From assembly GCA_904063045.1 (NCBI GenBank), contig CAJFCJ010000006.1, forward strand, positions 4,170,408 through 4,234,407: 64,000 nucleotides of DNA. Direction: 5' to 3'. This document shows, piece by piece, positions 1-12,353 of this stretch; positions within the stretch are counted from its first letter, which is position 1, and every line of letters begins with the position of its first letter. The stretch comes from Dimorphilus gyrociliatus (taxonomy: Eukaryota; Animalia; Annelida). The notes below the pieces were generated by a model that worked only from the letters and a program-made list of their open reading frames with translations, was not told the DNA's origin and searched no databases. The position numbers were made by a program, and so were the translations under genes.

Positions 1-40
1 TATACTGCATAATAGACTACATTTTAAATAAATTATTTAC

Positions 41-483
41 CTCATCTATTTCCATTCTATCCATTGGGTGGGACGATGGCAATGAGCAGGAGGAAGAAGA
101 AGAAGGTGGAGAAGAGGAGGTGGTGACTATCTGCATAAATTGCATCCGGTTAAATAAAGATACACATTTATATTAACCAATAGGAAGACGTTGTAACATA
201 CTTGACTTTGTTGCTTGTGTAATAGGTAAACATTGTTATTCAGTGTATTGTTATCCTAGAAATGAAAAGTTAAAGAAAATAATAAATAGTTAGACTACAA
301 AGCTTTCGTATATAAACAATAATTATATTATCAACAGAATGCGAAACACAGTTATTCTTATTAATCTTGCTGCTTACCGACTCAAAATCTGTCATTATAA
401 TTTTACGAAGAACGTCATTGAACTGTTTAAGGGTAGATCATATGAGCGATTTCAATGCGAAAATATACCTTGAAAGAGCACAT
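41..483 (-). CDS. 5' part of an unidentified spliced gene that continues off the left edge
   Basis: Four phase-0 exons (483-469, 422-378, 255-202, 130-41) joined by GT-AG introns read open: MCSFK|FNDVLRKIIMTDFES|DNNTLNNNVYLLHKQQSQ|IVTTSSSPPSSSSSCSLPSSHPMDRMEIDE|. No family recognised. Confidence 0.5.
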
Positions 484-1760
484 TGTTCACGTTGTGAATG
501 GGCGAAAACTACGAAAAGAAGGTCTCGATATGTTTGTGAAAGGTTTTTACACTGTACTTGCAAGCGTGCTGCGCATATTCTCTCTGTACTGCAACAGGGC
601 AGCTGCAATATGGTTTAAGTTTCCTATCTAGGCCTATGGATTAGCACAACAGCGCTTTAGTGTATTGGTCTATAGCATTAATTATATTATACTATTTCGT
701 TACATTCAATTATAGCTGTGGGCCCTTTTATCATACTTGTGGATTGAGGCCTATCAGTTACCGTTCTCTCACTTTGATACTCTTTAAGTATTCTAGTAAA
801 AAGTTTAAGTAAACTATTAATTCTCTTTCACATTGTAGTCCTAAATAACATTTCTCTTTCAAGTTTTACATATTTCTCGTCTAGAACAATCTCTTAAGCA
901 ATTATTACTTATTGTTCAAACTGTTAAGGTTTATAATGGAAATAGAAGATATTTTTAAATCTACAGATTTTTTATTGCCTATTTTTATATTATATTTGTA
1001 ATATTTATATTTATAGAATTTTATATAAATAATACTCTATTTCTAAGTTAAATACAGGTCTAGGCTAAACACTGCATACAGACGGATGTTACGCCATCTA
1101 TAGTCTATGGAACTTTTCGATTTTTATTGACAACTATAAAAAAGAACATTTCAAATAGAATTACAAGATGAATAGAATCAACTTACTGCTAAATTGTTCA
1201 TATAAAAGAATTTTACGGTAAATTGAGATTTAAGTAGCATTTTATTACAATATTTCCTTCCAAATGTCATTTTAATAATATTTTAATATTCTACCTAAAA
1301 AATTTCCCAAACCTTTCTTTAGAGGGAACAAAGTATTTTAATTCAATTTTTTTCCCTTAATATTAATAAGTTATCGAAGGCTGACTCAAGTTTTTACAAT
1401 ATAACTATTTTTTAATTAAAAATAGGTCAGGAAAAAAATTATTAAAATTGTTAAAAAATAAAAAGCAAAAATAAATTACAAGTAAATAAATGACCTTCAC
1501 CTTTAAAAAATATATACATTTATTTACATATTTTAACCACCCTCTAATAAAATTTTATATTAATGAGGTGACAAATAGAGATAGAAAAGAGTAAATCAAT
1601 TAAAGTTTCACCTTACGAAAGTATGTTGATTTGGCGTATAGTTAGAAAATTAGAAGAGTTACCATTAAACGAAAATTACGTGATGATAATAAATACAGTA
1701 TATACTGTATATATATATACTAATATATACAAGGTTAAGTACAAATAACAATTAGATGGC

Positions 1761-3204
1761 CTATTCTTCCTTTCTAGATGCTTCTTTAAAAGCTTTAATA
1801 ACTTTTAAACTGCCAAATATCTTCTTTTTAATGACATTTGTCTTATCAATTACCATTCGATTGGATGGTTCCACTTCTAAACTGTTAGGGTTTTCAACTT
1901 TATTCGCTTTTAAAAAACCTCTAGCCAAAGCCTCTGGAAAATTTAACTTTTCATTTGTACTTGTATCGATGAATACTCCGTTATCCTTATCAATTATTCC
2001 GCAGTGTAAAGCCTCCGGAAATGTAATTATTTTCATTCTCTTTCTATCGACTATACCCCTGATTGCGTAAACTTCTGTTATCTCTTCAGCCTCTCTCATT
2101 GTTGTTATAATAAAACCGGATTGAATGGCATCGTCGATTGATGTCTTATCACCTGTTTCGGTGTTTAGAAAAAGTCCAAGATCTTCGTTAAGAATCCCAT
2201 TCACTTGTGCATCCTCTTTCGAAAGAACTTTATTACTTTTAACATCTATGACTGTTTCAATAGTCTCTTCGCTTTCTTTCAGTGTCTTTAACGTTATTAT
2301 ACCCAGTGTAGATTTCGTCTCTTTAGTTCGGATTGTTTTTTGATATTCAACAGTTATTTTTCCCTCAGTCATGGCTATTGGAATAGGTATCTCCTTTCCA
2401 TTTGTAGACCTATAAATTCCACTTTCAGGTATAATGATCTTTTTTTCAATTGCATCGTACAATGAAATTTCCTTTTTATCCTGAGGATCTTGAACACTTC
2501 TAATGAGAAAAGTTTGCTGTTCTTCACCTTCAATTGAATCTAATTGCTCAGTTTCTGTTGTTACTTCGGGAGGATAGTCAATATTTGTGATTTTGTCCTT
2601 TTTAACTTTATTTGATAAATCATTTTCTGGTTTTACCGTAACGGCTTCAATTATGTTTCCCTCCGCTATTTTAAGATAATTCCGTATTATATAATAATAA
2701 ATAAAATAATATAAAGGTTAACTGCATAACGCAAATTTTCACAAATACAGGCCTAATTTACAACGGCTGTACGCAATAATAGCTATTTCTTTTTTTGTTA
2801 TAATAAGCCATTAATTATTTTGGTCAATTATATTCTCTAGCCTATATTGAAATTTCAAAAATAGGCAAAACCCCCCGCGTATAATCTTTCTATAGTAAGG
2901 TAAGAGAAATAGGCTAAGGTTACATGAAAATGAGTTGTAAGGAGAAAGGAAAAAAAGAAACATTTTGTAAAAAATATTAAAAAATAAAACATTATCGAAA
3001 AGAGAACAAAATATAAAAACCAATAAAAATATATTTGCAAAAATTACCCAAGAAATTAATTTTACCTGCAATTTTCTCTTCGTCCGTCAATTCTAAGGAA
3101 GCACACCAAAGTTTAACAGAATATTTTGTAGATACAATACGAATATACGTCTGATTATCAATTACCAAAGATATTTTAGAGTTTACTGGTGTATCGTTTG
3201 TCAT
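1761..3204 (-). CDS. Plakin/plectin-repeat domain protein, about 347 aa, two exons
   Basis: Exon 2 (2665-1761) extends the listed ORF upstream to an AG acceptor and carries plectin-repeat-like units (SLYDAIEKKII, SKEDAQVNGIL, SIDDAIQSGFI, TFPEALHCGII, NFPEALARGFL). Putative exon 1 (3204-3066, MTNDTPV...EEKIA) ends in GCAG|GTAAAA, and its phase 1 matches exon 2. Exon 1 is less certain than exon 2. Confidence 0.65.
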
Positions 3205-3858
3205 GTTTTTTTTTGCATTAAAATATAAAATATTGGAAATATGGTTAATACAAAAAAAAACTAAAAAACAAAAATTGAATGATGTTGTTTTTTTATCAAG
3301 TTTTAATATTCAAAAGAAATTTTTTTCCAATTTTATTTTAACTAAATCGATATTTTAATGCAATATGACACACTGGTAAAACGTTTGGATAAAACTATTT
3401 TATCCAAAATAAGCTCCATCTAGCGTTAGAACGTTATTTTTATGGCCTTTGAATAACAATTTCTAATTATTGGTTAGTAACCTTTATAATAATATAATCT
3501 ATTGATTATACTGTACACTTTCTCAAGTAGATATTTTAATATATAGTAACAAATGGAAAAAAAACAACAACAACATATATAGGTCTAACTTTTCTTCAAT
3601 TTTCAACAGATTCTAAGCTGGGGTACTTTTTTTTTTCTTTTTTTTTAAGTTAATCTCTGTGAAATAAACTGAACAGTAGTTTTTGAATCAACATTACAAG
3701 TAAACATTTATCAATGAGAAAATATTAGGGTCAATGAAAATATATATTTATTAAAAATATTTAATAATTTGATTATAATTGAACGAAACATTGTGTACCA
3801 GCAATGTTGTGTGTCAGTGTACGTGTGTGTGTCAGTGAATGCTGTCGTATCTGGCGGG

Positions 3859-3993
3859 TGACCTAAAGTCACACTCATAAAGTCGGTCTGACTTGATATC
3901 AAGTCAGATCGCGAATTTGACAAAGTCAACAGCCAGATGAGTAGAATCAAGCGCCAACTTAAATGACAAGAGTAACTGTGAGAGGTATAAAAG
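3859..3993 (+). promoter_or_regulatory. Candidate enhancer/promoter: clustered AAGTCA/TGACCT half-sites, a 22-bp palindrome and a TATA box
   Basis: TGACCT 3859-3864; AAGTCA 3866-3871, 3901-3906 and 3923-3928; TGACTT 3889-3894; perfect palindrome TCTGACTTGATATCAAGTCAGA 3887-3908; TATAAAAG 3986-3993. Lies in a GC-richer island between divergent genes. Confidence 0.5.
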
Positions 3994-4515
3994 GGAAAAT
4001 ATGTGACAGTACAGGGTGAGAGCCAAACGAACGTTTAAAAATAAATTGTAACGAAATTATTAATTAATTTCGTGATACAAGTAACCATAAATCTTGTAAA
4101 ATAATATTATAGCTTAAAGTTGAAATATAATCCCTAGAAAACAATTTGAAAGTAGATATCTATAATTGGCGAATTTTTTATTGACCCAGGCTTCTATTGT
4201 AGAATTAACCTAGGCTTATAGGGCTTTAGGTAATCCCTTAAAAAAAAATTGTCATAATACTCATAGCTAATGAAGTATTTCGTAGAAAGTACCAAAATTT
4301 TGTATTAATATACTATATTCCCGTATAGATAACTCAAAAAGAGAGGACAATATAGCCAAGAGAATTTACTTGCTGATAACGTAAGTATGCTTTTGTAAAA
4401 ACCGCTTAATAAATCCTCTTTCTTAGAGCTAGTCTAAATTTTCCCATGATATGTTAGGCCGAATTTTAAAAATATTTGAATAAAATGGACCCTTTTTTAT
4501 TTTTTAGGAAAGACT

Positions 4516-5166
4516 ATGATCTCAATGAAACAGTGTTTAATTGTTCTTCCTTTATTATTGGGATTTGTTATAAATAATGGTAAAACTCAATTTAATAGTC
4601 AATTTATATAGTTTATTAACATTCGTTTATTCATTGTTTTTTCAACAGTATCGACGTCTGCTCATTGTCGCAATCTAAACGCGTCAGAGACTCCGAAAAT
4701 TTTAGAATCATCTTCTGCATACAATTGTTGGATTATAACTCCGTCGACTGTTTTTGGTCGCGTTCGTTTGCAAATAATTGGAGTAAATTTTGCCAAGGAA
4801 AAAGAGGACTTTTTGGAAATAAGCGATGGGGGTGTTAAAAGGTCTAGTAGAACTTACATATTCAATAAAACTGATGTAGTTCGTCATTTTAATTTTCTTA
4901 CTAAAGAGCGAATCACTTATATTTATTTTCATTCTGAAGGAAACTTTAAAATAAGTTACCATGAAGTGATTGACAAGTCTTTTAAATTAGAATTGGCTGT
5001 TTATGCCTTTGTTTGTTTAATAGTTTTTGTTTTAGTATTATTCTTTCTGGTTATTGTAATAATGTTTCTAGCATACAAGAAAACTATTAGGGGTCGAAAT
5101 GTTGACGATAAAGATTCTAGTGAACAGCCTCCATCTTACAGAACACTAAAAAATCTTATTGTCTAA
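4516..5166 (+). CDS. Small type I membrane protein: signal peptide, CUB-like domain, TM helix, cytoplasmic PPxY; 193 aa
   Basis: Exon 1 4516-4579 (MISMKQCLIVLPLLLGFVINN), intron 4580-4648, exon 2 4649-5166. CUB-like pattern CWIITPSTVFGRVRLQII...DFLEISDG; hydrophobic run LAVYAFVCLIVFVLVLFFLVIVIMFLAY; tail EQPPSY. Confidence 0.7.
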
Positions 5167-5511
5167 TTTGTCTCTTAACACTTCAGCACAAAAATTTTTT
5201 TTGTTATTTATCTTTATGTTGTTGTAAAAAGTAAAAACAAGAAAACTAGTGTAAGCTATGTAAAATTTGAGTAAATAGACGTAATTTGATAAATGTTGTT
5301 GTTTCTTTACATTTATAAAGTGTTCTATTAACTAAGTGATATGTTAAAGTATTTGTTTAATAGCAAATAGAAGCAGTTTTTAAAAGTTCTCTTTACAAAA
5401 ATAAAATTATTTGCACTCTGAGAATTTTTGGCTTTCTTCGTTCTCTACAAAAATCAGTAATTCTTACTTCCATACGGATATTAGTCATATCGAAAATTTT
5501 TGCCGTTTCCG

Positions 5512-5526
5512 CTTCCTTTTTTCTCC
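5512..5526 (+). promoter_or_regulatory. TCT/5'TOP-like polypyrimidine initiator of RPS20
   Basis: CTTCCTTTTTTCTCC about 80-90 nt upstream of the RPS20 ATG; typical of ribosomal protein genes. The TSS cannot be confirmed from sequence. Confidence 0.45.
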
Positions 5527-5601
5527 AAAGCGTGAAGGAGTATACAGTAAATCTACTGGCTCACCGCTTTTCGAGTTGAATAAGTCGGCCAGATTATTAA
5601 A

Positions 5602-6127
5602 ATGGTATGAACAATTATGTAATTTATAATAATCTATTCATTCAATATGTAAATTTTCAAGAATGACCTTAACATAGTCTATAAAAATGTATTTTATAAA
5701 TTTTCCTCTACTAACAGGAAAAACCAACTAAGCCTACCACCGAGGAAACTCCTGTTCACCGTATCAGGATCACTTTGACCAGCAAAAATGTAAAGAGCTT
5801 GGAAAAAGGTATAATACAAACTTCTAGTTTTAATAAATTTATTTTAAGTATCAATATTATCTGACAGTTTGCGGAGATTTGATCAAGAGCGCTAAAGACA
5901 AGTCTCTGAAGGTTAAAGGACCGGTTAGATTGCCAACGAAAGTCCTAAGAATCACAACAAGAAAAACCCCTTGTGGTGAAGGTTCGAAAACTTGGGATCG
6001 CTTCCAAATGAGAATCCATAAGCGTCTCATTGATCTTCATAGTTCATCTGAAGTTGTTAAACAGATAACTTCGATACCAATTGAACCTGGTGTCGAGGTT
6101 GAGGTTACTATTGCTGACGCAGCCTAA
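5602..6127 (+). CDS. RPS20: 40S ribosomal protein S20 (uS10)
   Basis: ATG-only first exon 5602-5604, then exons 5718-5808 and 5868-6127: [24 protein letters not shown]...[41 protein letters not shown]...[12 protein letters not shown]. Confidence 0.97.
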
Positions 6128-6344
6128 GATGGATGAATAAAAGTTCAATGACGATCCTTTAATTAAGCTTGCTCAGTACATAGCTATTAGTGCGTAAAAT
6201 TTTTAAATTAGAAGGGCGTAACATCATTGTACTGTACTTCAGACATCCATACCCTTCTCTTTAGAGCACAAATAGTTCACGATTCTTTCTTATAATGGGC
6301 GTTTATATTTAAAATTTTATTGAAAAAAAAAGAAGTTTATTAGG

Positions 6345-8219
6345 TTAGAATTCTGCTGAATAGTTATTTTCGAAATCGTCTTTTAGATGGTCTATTAAAT
6401 GGCTGATCTCTGTTACCCTTTGCCGATTTCTTTCAATCTCCTCTTGTTCGTGTATAGTTCTAGTCAGATTAGTTAACCAAGTATTTACTTTGGTTGTACA
6501 ATCGTCTTCGCGGTTATCAATTTTCATTAAGTGTACATCGTGGGAAGATGTAACCTGTATAGTTAACGAAAATAGTAATTGATAAGCTCCACTTTGAGAG
6601 TGACATACATACCGCACTATTTAAAGTGTCTTTATCAACGAATAGATCTCTTATTTCATCAGGGATATCATCATCTACCTCACCTTTGACAATTTTTTCT
6701 AAGGTCATTTGGCCAATTTCCAATAATTTCTCATTGTGCTGGTTTTCCAGTTCTCTCATTCGGCTAAATAAAGCGCTAACATTTTCTTTAAAGTTTGCCA
6801 CCATATCGGACATTGCACGTTCGAATTCTTTAATAACGTCTTCCAGCTGATCGACCAACTGCATCTCATAAATCATGAGTGCATCCCATAATTTGTCAAT
6901 TGTCTTCTGATATTCTTCGTGAGCCTCTTGTTCCTCGTGGTTTTCTCCTGGTTCGATCAATAGTTCTGGCAGTACTCTTTTTCGATATTCCATAAATTCT
7001 TCTATTTTATTTATTCCCAGTTGTTTATTTGTTTCCTTTGCTTCTCTTACACATTCCCAAAACATTTTCACTTCCGCTTGTCTCTCCACATGCATCTTTA
7101 ACCCAAATTCAAATATTTCGCGGCAAATTTCGTTAAATTCTTCTCTGTAGTTTGAGATCATTTCGTCAACAGTCGGAATCTTATTTAATTTCATTCCCTC
7201 CGGATCTTCAGCGTACAAACTATCGAATAGTGTTGAGTCGTTCAAATGTTCTACATAAGCAGCCTATAAAAGGAAATAATAAATTAAATACTTTGGCGAT
7301 TACTATATATAAAAATCCTACCTTGTGTAACTCGAGTTCTTCTGTTTTTTTTATCTCCTCTTCCTTCTTTCTAGCAGCGTTCCTCTCGCCTTCTTCCAGT
7401 TCTTGAAGGGCAATATCATACTTCTCTTTAGCAGCCTCTCTCTGAGAGTTTATTCAGTCATAATTAAAATAAAGTTGATAATTTGATTTTATTAAAAGAA
7501 ATTACCGTTTTCTGATCTACTAATCGATAATCTAAATATTCTAGATCGGGTAGATGAGCTGCTATATAACTTTCGTATGCCGCATCATTTTTAATAGGGT
7601 TTCCCGTTAGATTTAATGTTCGTAGATTATCGAATTTACGAAGATACTTCATATTCTCTAAATCCTTTAATTGATTGTTCCCAACAGATAGAACGTGTAA
7701 CTTTGTTAAGTTATCCATGTTTTCTACTCTCTCAATTCGATTATTGTAGAGTGTCAGGTCTTCTAATAAAGTCAAATTATCCAAATTCTCAATAACTTCT
7801 ATATTATTAAAAGACAAGTCTGTTGAAAAAAAATGATATTTTAAAGAAGAATATTTTCTTTATTCACTTAAAAAATATAATTATACCAAGCCAAACGAGA
7901 TTCACAAGAGTGTCCAAACCTTCTATTCTTTCAATGATATTGTTATCTAATTGTAGTTTTACAAGACTTTTGAAACTCCATAAATTACCAATTTTCAGAA
8001 TATCTATTGGGGATAGAATTTATACAATTTTAAGAGCATTGTTTTGGTTTTCGGCCTACTTTTAAAGTCCAATCTAAGTGATGTAACGTCCGCGAAATCG
8101 ATGCCTTCCTCTCTGGCTAGTTTACCAGCCTCATTTTTTGGACCTTGTTCAACGACAGCTCTTTGAAGCATCTCATCATCAATAACTGACGGCTCAATTG
8201 TATCGTATAAGCGACTCAT
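6345..8219 (-). CDS. DRC3: Dynein regulatory complex subunit 3 (LRRC48)
   Basis: N-terminus MSRLYDTIEPSVIDDEMLQRAVVEQGPKNEAGKLAREEGIDF, SDS22-like LRRs (LSFNNIEVIENLDNLTLLEDLTLYNNRI), coiled-coil C-terminus SHDVHLMKIDNREDD; multi-exon. Confidence 0.93.
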
Positions 8220-8437
8220 TTTTTCTCTACGAAAATAAAGAATACACAAAAATTAGAGCATTTATTCTAATGAAATAGTTTTAAAATAGTGAAAGAAATT
8301 AATCTATTCTGCCATGTCAAATTGATTTTTACAAATATTAAGTATTATTAATTTGCTTACCAGATAGTATCACAGAATCTCATGTAGAGTAAGTTAAATT
8401 TTATATATTGGACGGTCGTTTGTTAGGGTCGCATTCG

Positions 8438-8451
8438 GTTACTATGGTGAT
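8438..8451. promoter_or_regulatory. RFX X-box upstream of DRC3
   Basis: GTTACTATGGTGAT is one base off the X-box consensus GTTRCYATGGYRAC and lies just upstream of a ciliary gene, in the DRC3/TOM1 divergent gap. Confidence 0.6.
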
Positions 8452-8629
8452 CAAATATGAAACTAGCGAGAATATTTTACATTATAAACGATAAAAAAAT
8501 ATTTAATAAATAAGATAACAAATTTTTCTTGGTTCAAACTTTTTTTTATGAATTAAATAGTTGGTGCGTAATTTATGTTGTCGAAATTTGTCTCTTCCGG
8601 TTGTACGAAACGGCAATAAACTTGAAAAA

Positions 8630-11600
8630 ATGGAAAGAGTTCAGTCATTTTTAGCCGGAAATCCATTTAATAACCCTATTGGTCAAAGAATTGGTAAATA
8701 AAGGTTTTCCTCTTGGAAAACTTTAAATTTTTTAGAGCAGGTCAAAATAGAAATAAGTATGATTCATCATCACCCTTACAGAAAAAGCTACAGATCCAAC
8801 CATATCAAGTGAGAATTGGGCTTTAAATATGGAAATATGTGATTACATTAATGGTACTGAAGAAGGGTAAGGAATTTGCCAATTTCTAAAAATATCCTAA
8901 AAAAACTCACAGCTGATATGTTTACAATTTTTTCAGCGGAAAGGATGCCATAAAGGCTATTAGAAAGAGATTTCAATCCCAGAGTAAAAACAGCAAATGT
9001 ATGATATACACTTTAGTAGTTTTGGAAACATGCGTTAAAAATTGTGGACGCCGTTTCCATATTCATGTTGCAAATAAGGACTTTCTGCAGGACATGCACA
9101 AAATATGCCAACCAAAGAATGATCCTTCTTTGGAGGTACAAGAAAAAGTTTACCAATTAATTCAAGTATGATTGTCATTATACATTCAAATTATAATCTT
9201 GTCATAAAAAGAAAATATACTCTAGCACACTTATTGTTTTGTAGAATTGGTCGGAGGCATTTACTGGCGAACCTGAATTGAAAGAAGTTGAAAAACTGTA
9301 TAGGGATTTAAAATCAAAGGGAATGGATTTTCCCATATCAGAAACGGATATGACGAAACAAGTATTTTTTAATGAACTATGTTTTTCATTTTTAAATCTG
9401 CTTAAATACATTTCAGGCTCATAACATCGAAGCTAGGCCTGCCTCCCAAAGAATGGTATGTGTTTTTCATAATCTATTTTATATCCCGATTAAAAAATTT
9501 ATATTAATATCCTTTTGGTAATGAATGCTAAGCACCTAAGTACTGTTATCTATTTGGGTTGTTGCACAGTATGATGAGTATAAAAAACATTTACATCAAT
9601 AATTAATATTTTGACTGTGTCAAAAAAATCGTTTAAAAATTTAGAGTTAAGCCTATAATACCACAAAAAACAGGAAACCAGACAATAATACTGTTTTCGT
9701 AAAATCTTTGAAAAGGTCATAAGAAAAATTGTCAGAATATCGTAATGCAAACCCATAAACCATATTTTCCATATTAGGATTAGAGATATAACTATGTTTA
9801 TTTATCATTAACATGTTTTGTTTTATAACTGTTCTATTTTTACTCTCTTTTATTAAGTTTGATGATAAACTAGAGTGGTGCCACTTAATTATAATGTACA
9901 ATTTTGTATTTAAAATTTACCGTTTTGTTGAATTTTATTTAATGAATATTTAATGGATAAGATAAAATGATTTTATAATTTTTTATCAGCCTGTAGCAAA
10001 TCATCCTCCTCCACCATCATCTATGAACCGTGCTCCTGGAGCTGTTCAAGATCTTAAGGCTAAAATTAAAAAGGATTTGGACAGCGTTAAACACCATATC
10101 ACAATATTCAATGAACTTTTAACCGGAATCCAACCCGGTCAAGGTACTGAGGATGATAAAAAACTGATGGAGGTAAATATAATAATGCTGAATTAAAAAT
10201 ATAAATCTACTGTTTCTATTAATAGAATTTATTTGTTATATAATATAATATGTTGCAGGACTTGAATGCTACCTGTCATCAAATGCAAGAGAGAATCGTT
10301 GAACTACTTAATCAAATATCGGCTGAGGAAATAACCGTAGATTTGCTACATTTGAACGATGAATTAAATAATTTATTCATGAGATATGATAGATATCAAA
10401 GAATGGCAGTTAGTTCATCATCATCAGCGTCACAACCAAGCACAGTAAGCAAAAAAATTAAATGTAAATGACAGAAGAACAAAACGAATATACGAGAAAG
10501 AACTTATTCATTTTAAAATTCTCAAAAACAATTACAAGCGAACACGTACATGCAAATTGTTTACAGAAAAGATAACATTAATTTAGCTACTTATATATAA
10601 ATATGTGCAAGCCAAGCCAAACCAAACCAAATTATTTTAACTAATCAATTAACTTAGTAAATTTAATAGTTTTTTTTAAATAGCTATTAAAAATAATCTT
10701 AAATTTTGAAAGAGAATTATAATAAGTTTCTTGTCTCATTTGATGCTAACAAATTAAAGATTTGTTTTATCCTATAAAAACGTTTTTTTTCACCTTTACT
10801 AAATATACCTTTCTTTTCAAACAAATTAATAGGGACAGGCACTTCCTCCAGTTGTTGGGGATGGAGCAGCAAAAACCAATCAAACGACCGACTTACTGAT
10901 TGATTTAGGTGACGATAATACTAATACTACGAATCCACCCAATTTGAATACGCAGTTTGTCGGGTTATGTGAGTCACACACTCTTCTTTTTTTTTCTTTT
11001 TTTGAGTTAATTTTATTTAGTTTTTCAATCTATTTTTTATTTTATTTATTTTCAAATATTAATTTTCAATTATTAATTTTCGAACAATTGTGTTTAGTTT
11101 ATATATATATATATTTATATATATATATTTTATTTCAAAGTTGTATTAAATTATATCTATATATATTTATTTCAACTGTGTCTATATGTATATCTATGTT
11201 TGGAAAATATGCGTATTCACACCCACTTTATAGACTAAAGCAAATAATTGATAGTTTCCACCTATACTGTATAATGGAATTTAATAACAACAAAAAAAAG
11301 GGATCTTCATTGTTATACTCTCTTCTATTTGTTTGAAATACATTTATTATTTTGTTATTTTTTTTTATTTAGCCGTTGGTGGGAGTAACAAGAAACCAGA
11401 AACTGATGAATTTGATTTGCTAGCTCAGTCTAGACAAGGCCCGTTAGTATTTATTTAAACATTTATTGTATGATGCATTTGTTTTTTTTTAAAATCTCTT
11501 TGCATTTAAAGTAAAATCGTATTTAAAAAAGAAACACGTATTCACACAGACCGCCTGCTGGAGCTATGGGTGTGGCATTAACGGCAGAAAAACCAGACGT

Positions 11601-12353
11601 AAGTTCTAATTAACAAAATTAAGAGTGGTATAGTGGTGGTTGTAAACGGGGCGGGTAGAGAAAAGATTGGGACGGCATTGATCAATAAATCTTTTCAATG
11701 TTCATTTATAAATTAACATTTGCTGCCATTATTATTAGGAGTTTCCTAGTGAGGTAGTAAATATTCATTTTAAATATAATAGGCCTTTAAACATAATGCA
11801 TCAACGACGTTGTTCCAGTGACGCCATCTGCGGCGTAGATTGTGAACATTATTTTTTTTAAAATAAAGTTTATATAATTTCTTTTTGTATAGAGTATTGC
11901 ATTTTACGGCATGAGAAATTTTGCATTTCTTAGCTATTATTCTAAAAGAAAGCTACTAATTTTTTAATTTTTATTATTTAAAAAATTAAATCAACGACGT
12001 TTTTATCCCTTTACATTTTGGATAGTTTGTTTTAGTAGAAAGCTAGACTTTTTTTTTAAATATACTTCTTTTCATGTAGTTAATTGACACTGAGCAAGAT
12101 CTTGAAGAGATGGAAAAATGGATGGAAAATAATGGGGGAGGTAATCAGGCGGCTACAAGTTTAGGTATGTTAGCCTATATTGTATAATGAAGAAAATATT
12201 AATCATATATATATATGTGTTCTATTAGAATTTGACCAGTTCCTAGCCGCTAAGGCAGGAGGTACTGTTCCGGGTATTCCGGCAGCAGTAGGTTCTCGAC
12301 CTGTTGAACGCCAAATAAAGAAGGATGAAGATGATAAAATGTTTGCTTTGTGA
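8630..12353 (+). CDS. TOM1: TOM1/TOM1L2 orthologue (VHS-GAT endosomal adaptor)
   Basis: [21 protein letters not shown]...[15 protein letters not shown] (VHS); [19 protein letters not shown]...[19 protein letters not shown] (GAT); C-terminal EFDQFL...DKMFAL*, matching the TOM1L2-type end. Many exons. Family-level assignment. Confidence 0.9.

Noticed and set aside
367-618. Listed plus-strand 83-aa ORF, and many similar short ORFs opposite real genes (e.g. 1756-2070, 6626-6850, 16680-16964, 27844-28050)
   Set aside because: Shadow ORFs antisense to, or out of frame with, well-supported exons; no independent family signal.
5605-5717. Possible snoRNA in RPS20 intron 1 (vertebrate RPS20 hosts one)
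   Set aside because: No C/D or H/ACA boxes and no terminal stem visible.
10944-11336. 130-aa Phe/Ile/Tyr-rich ORF (similar ones at 2811-3071, 23933-24262, 39696-40046)
   Set aside because: Translation of AT-rich or low-complexity intronic and intergenic DNA; the hydrophobicity is a composition artefact.
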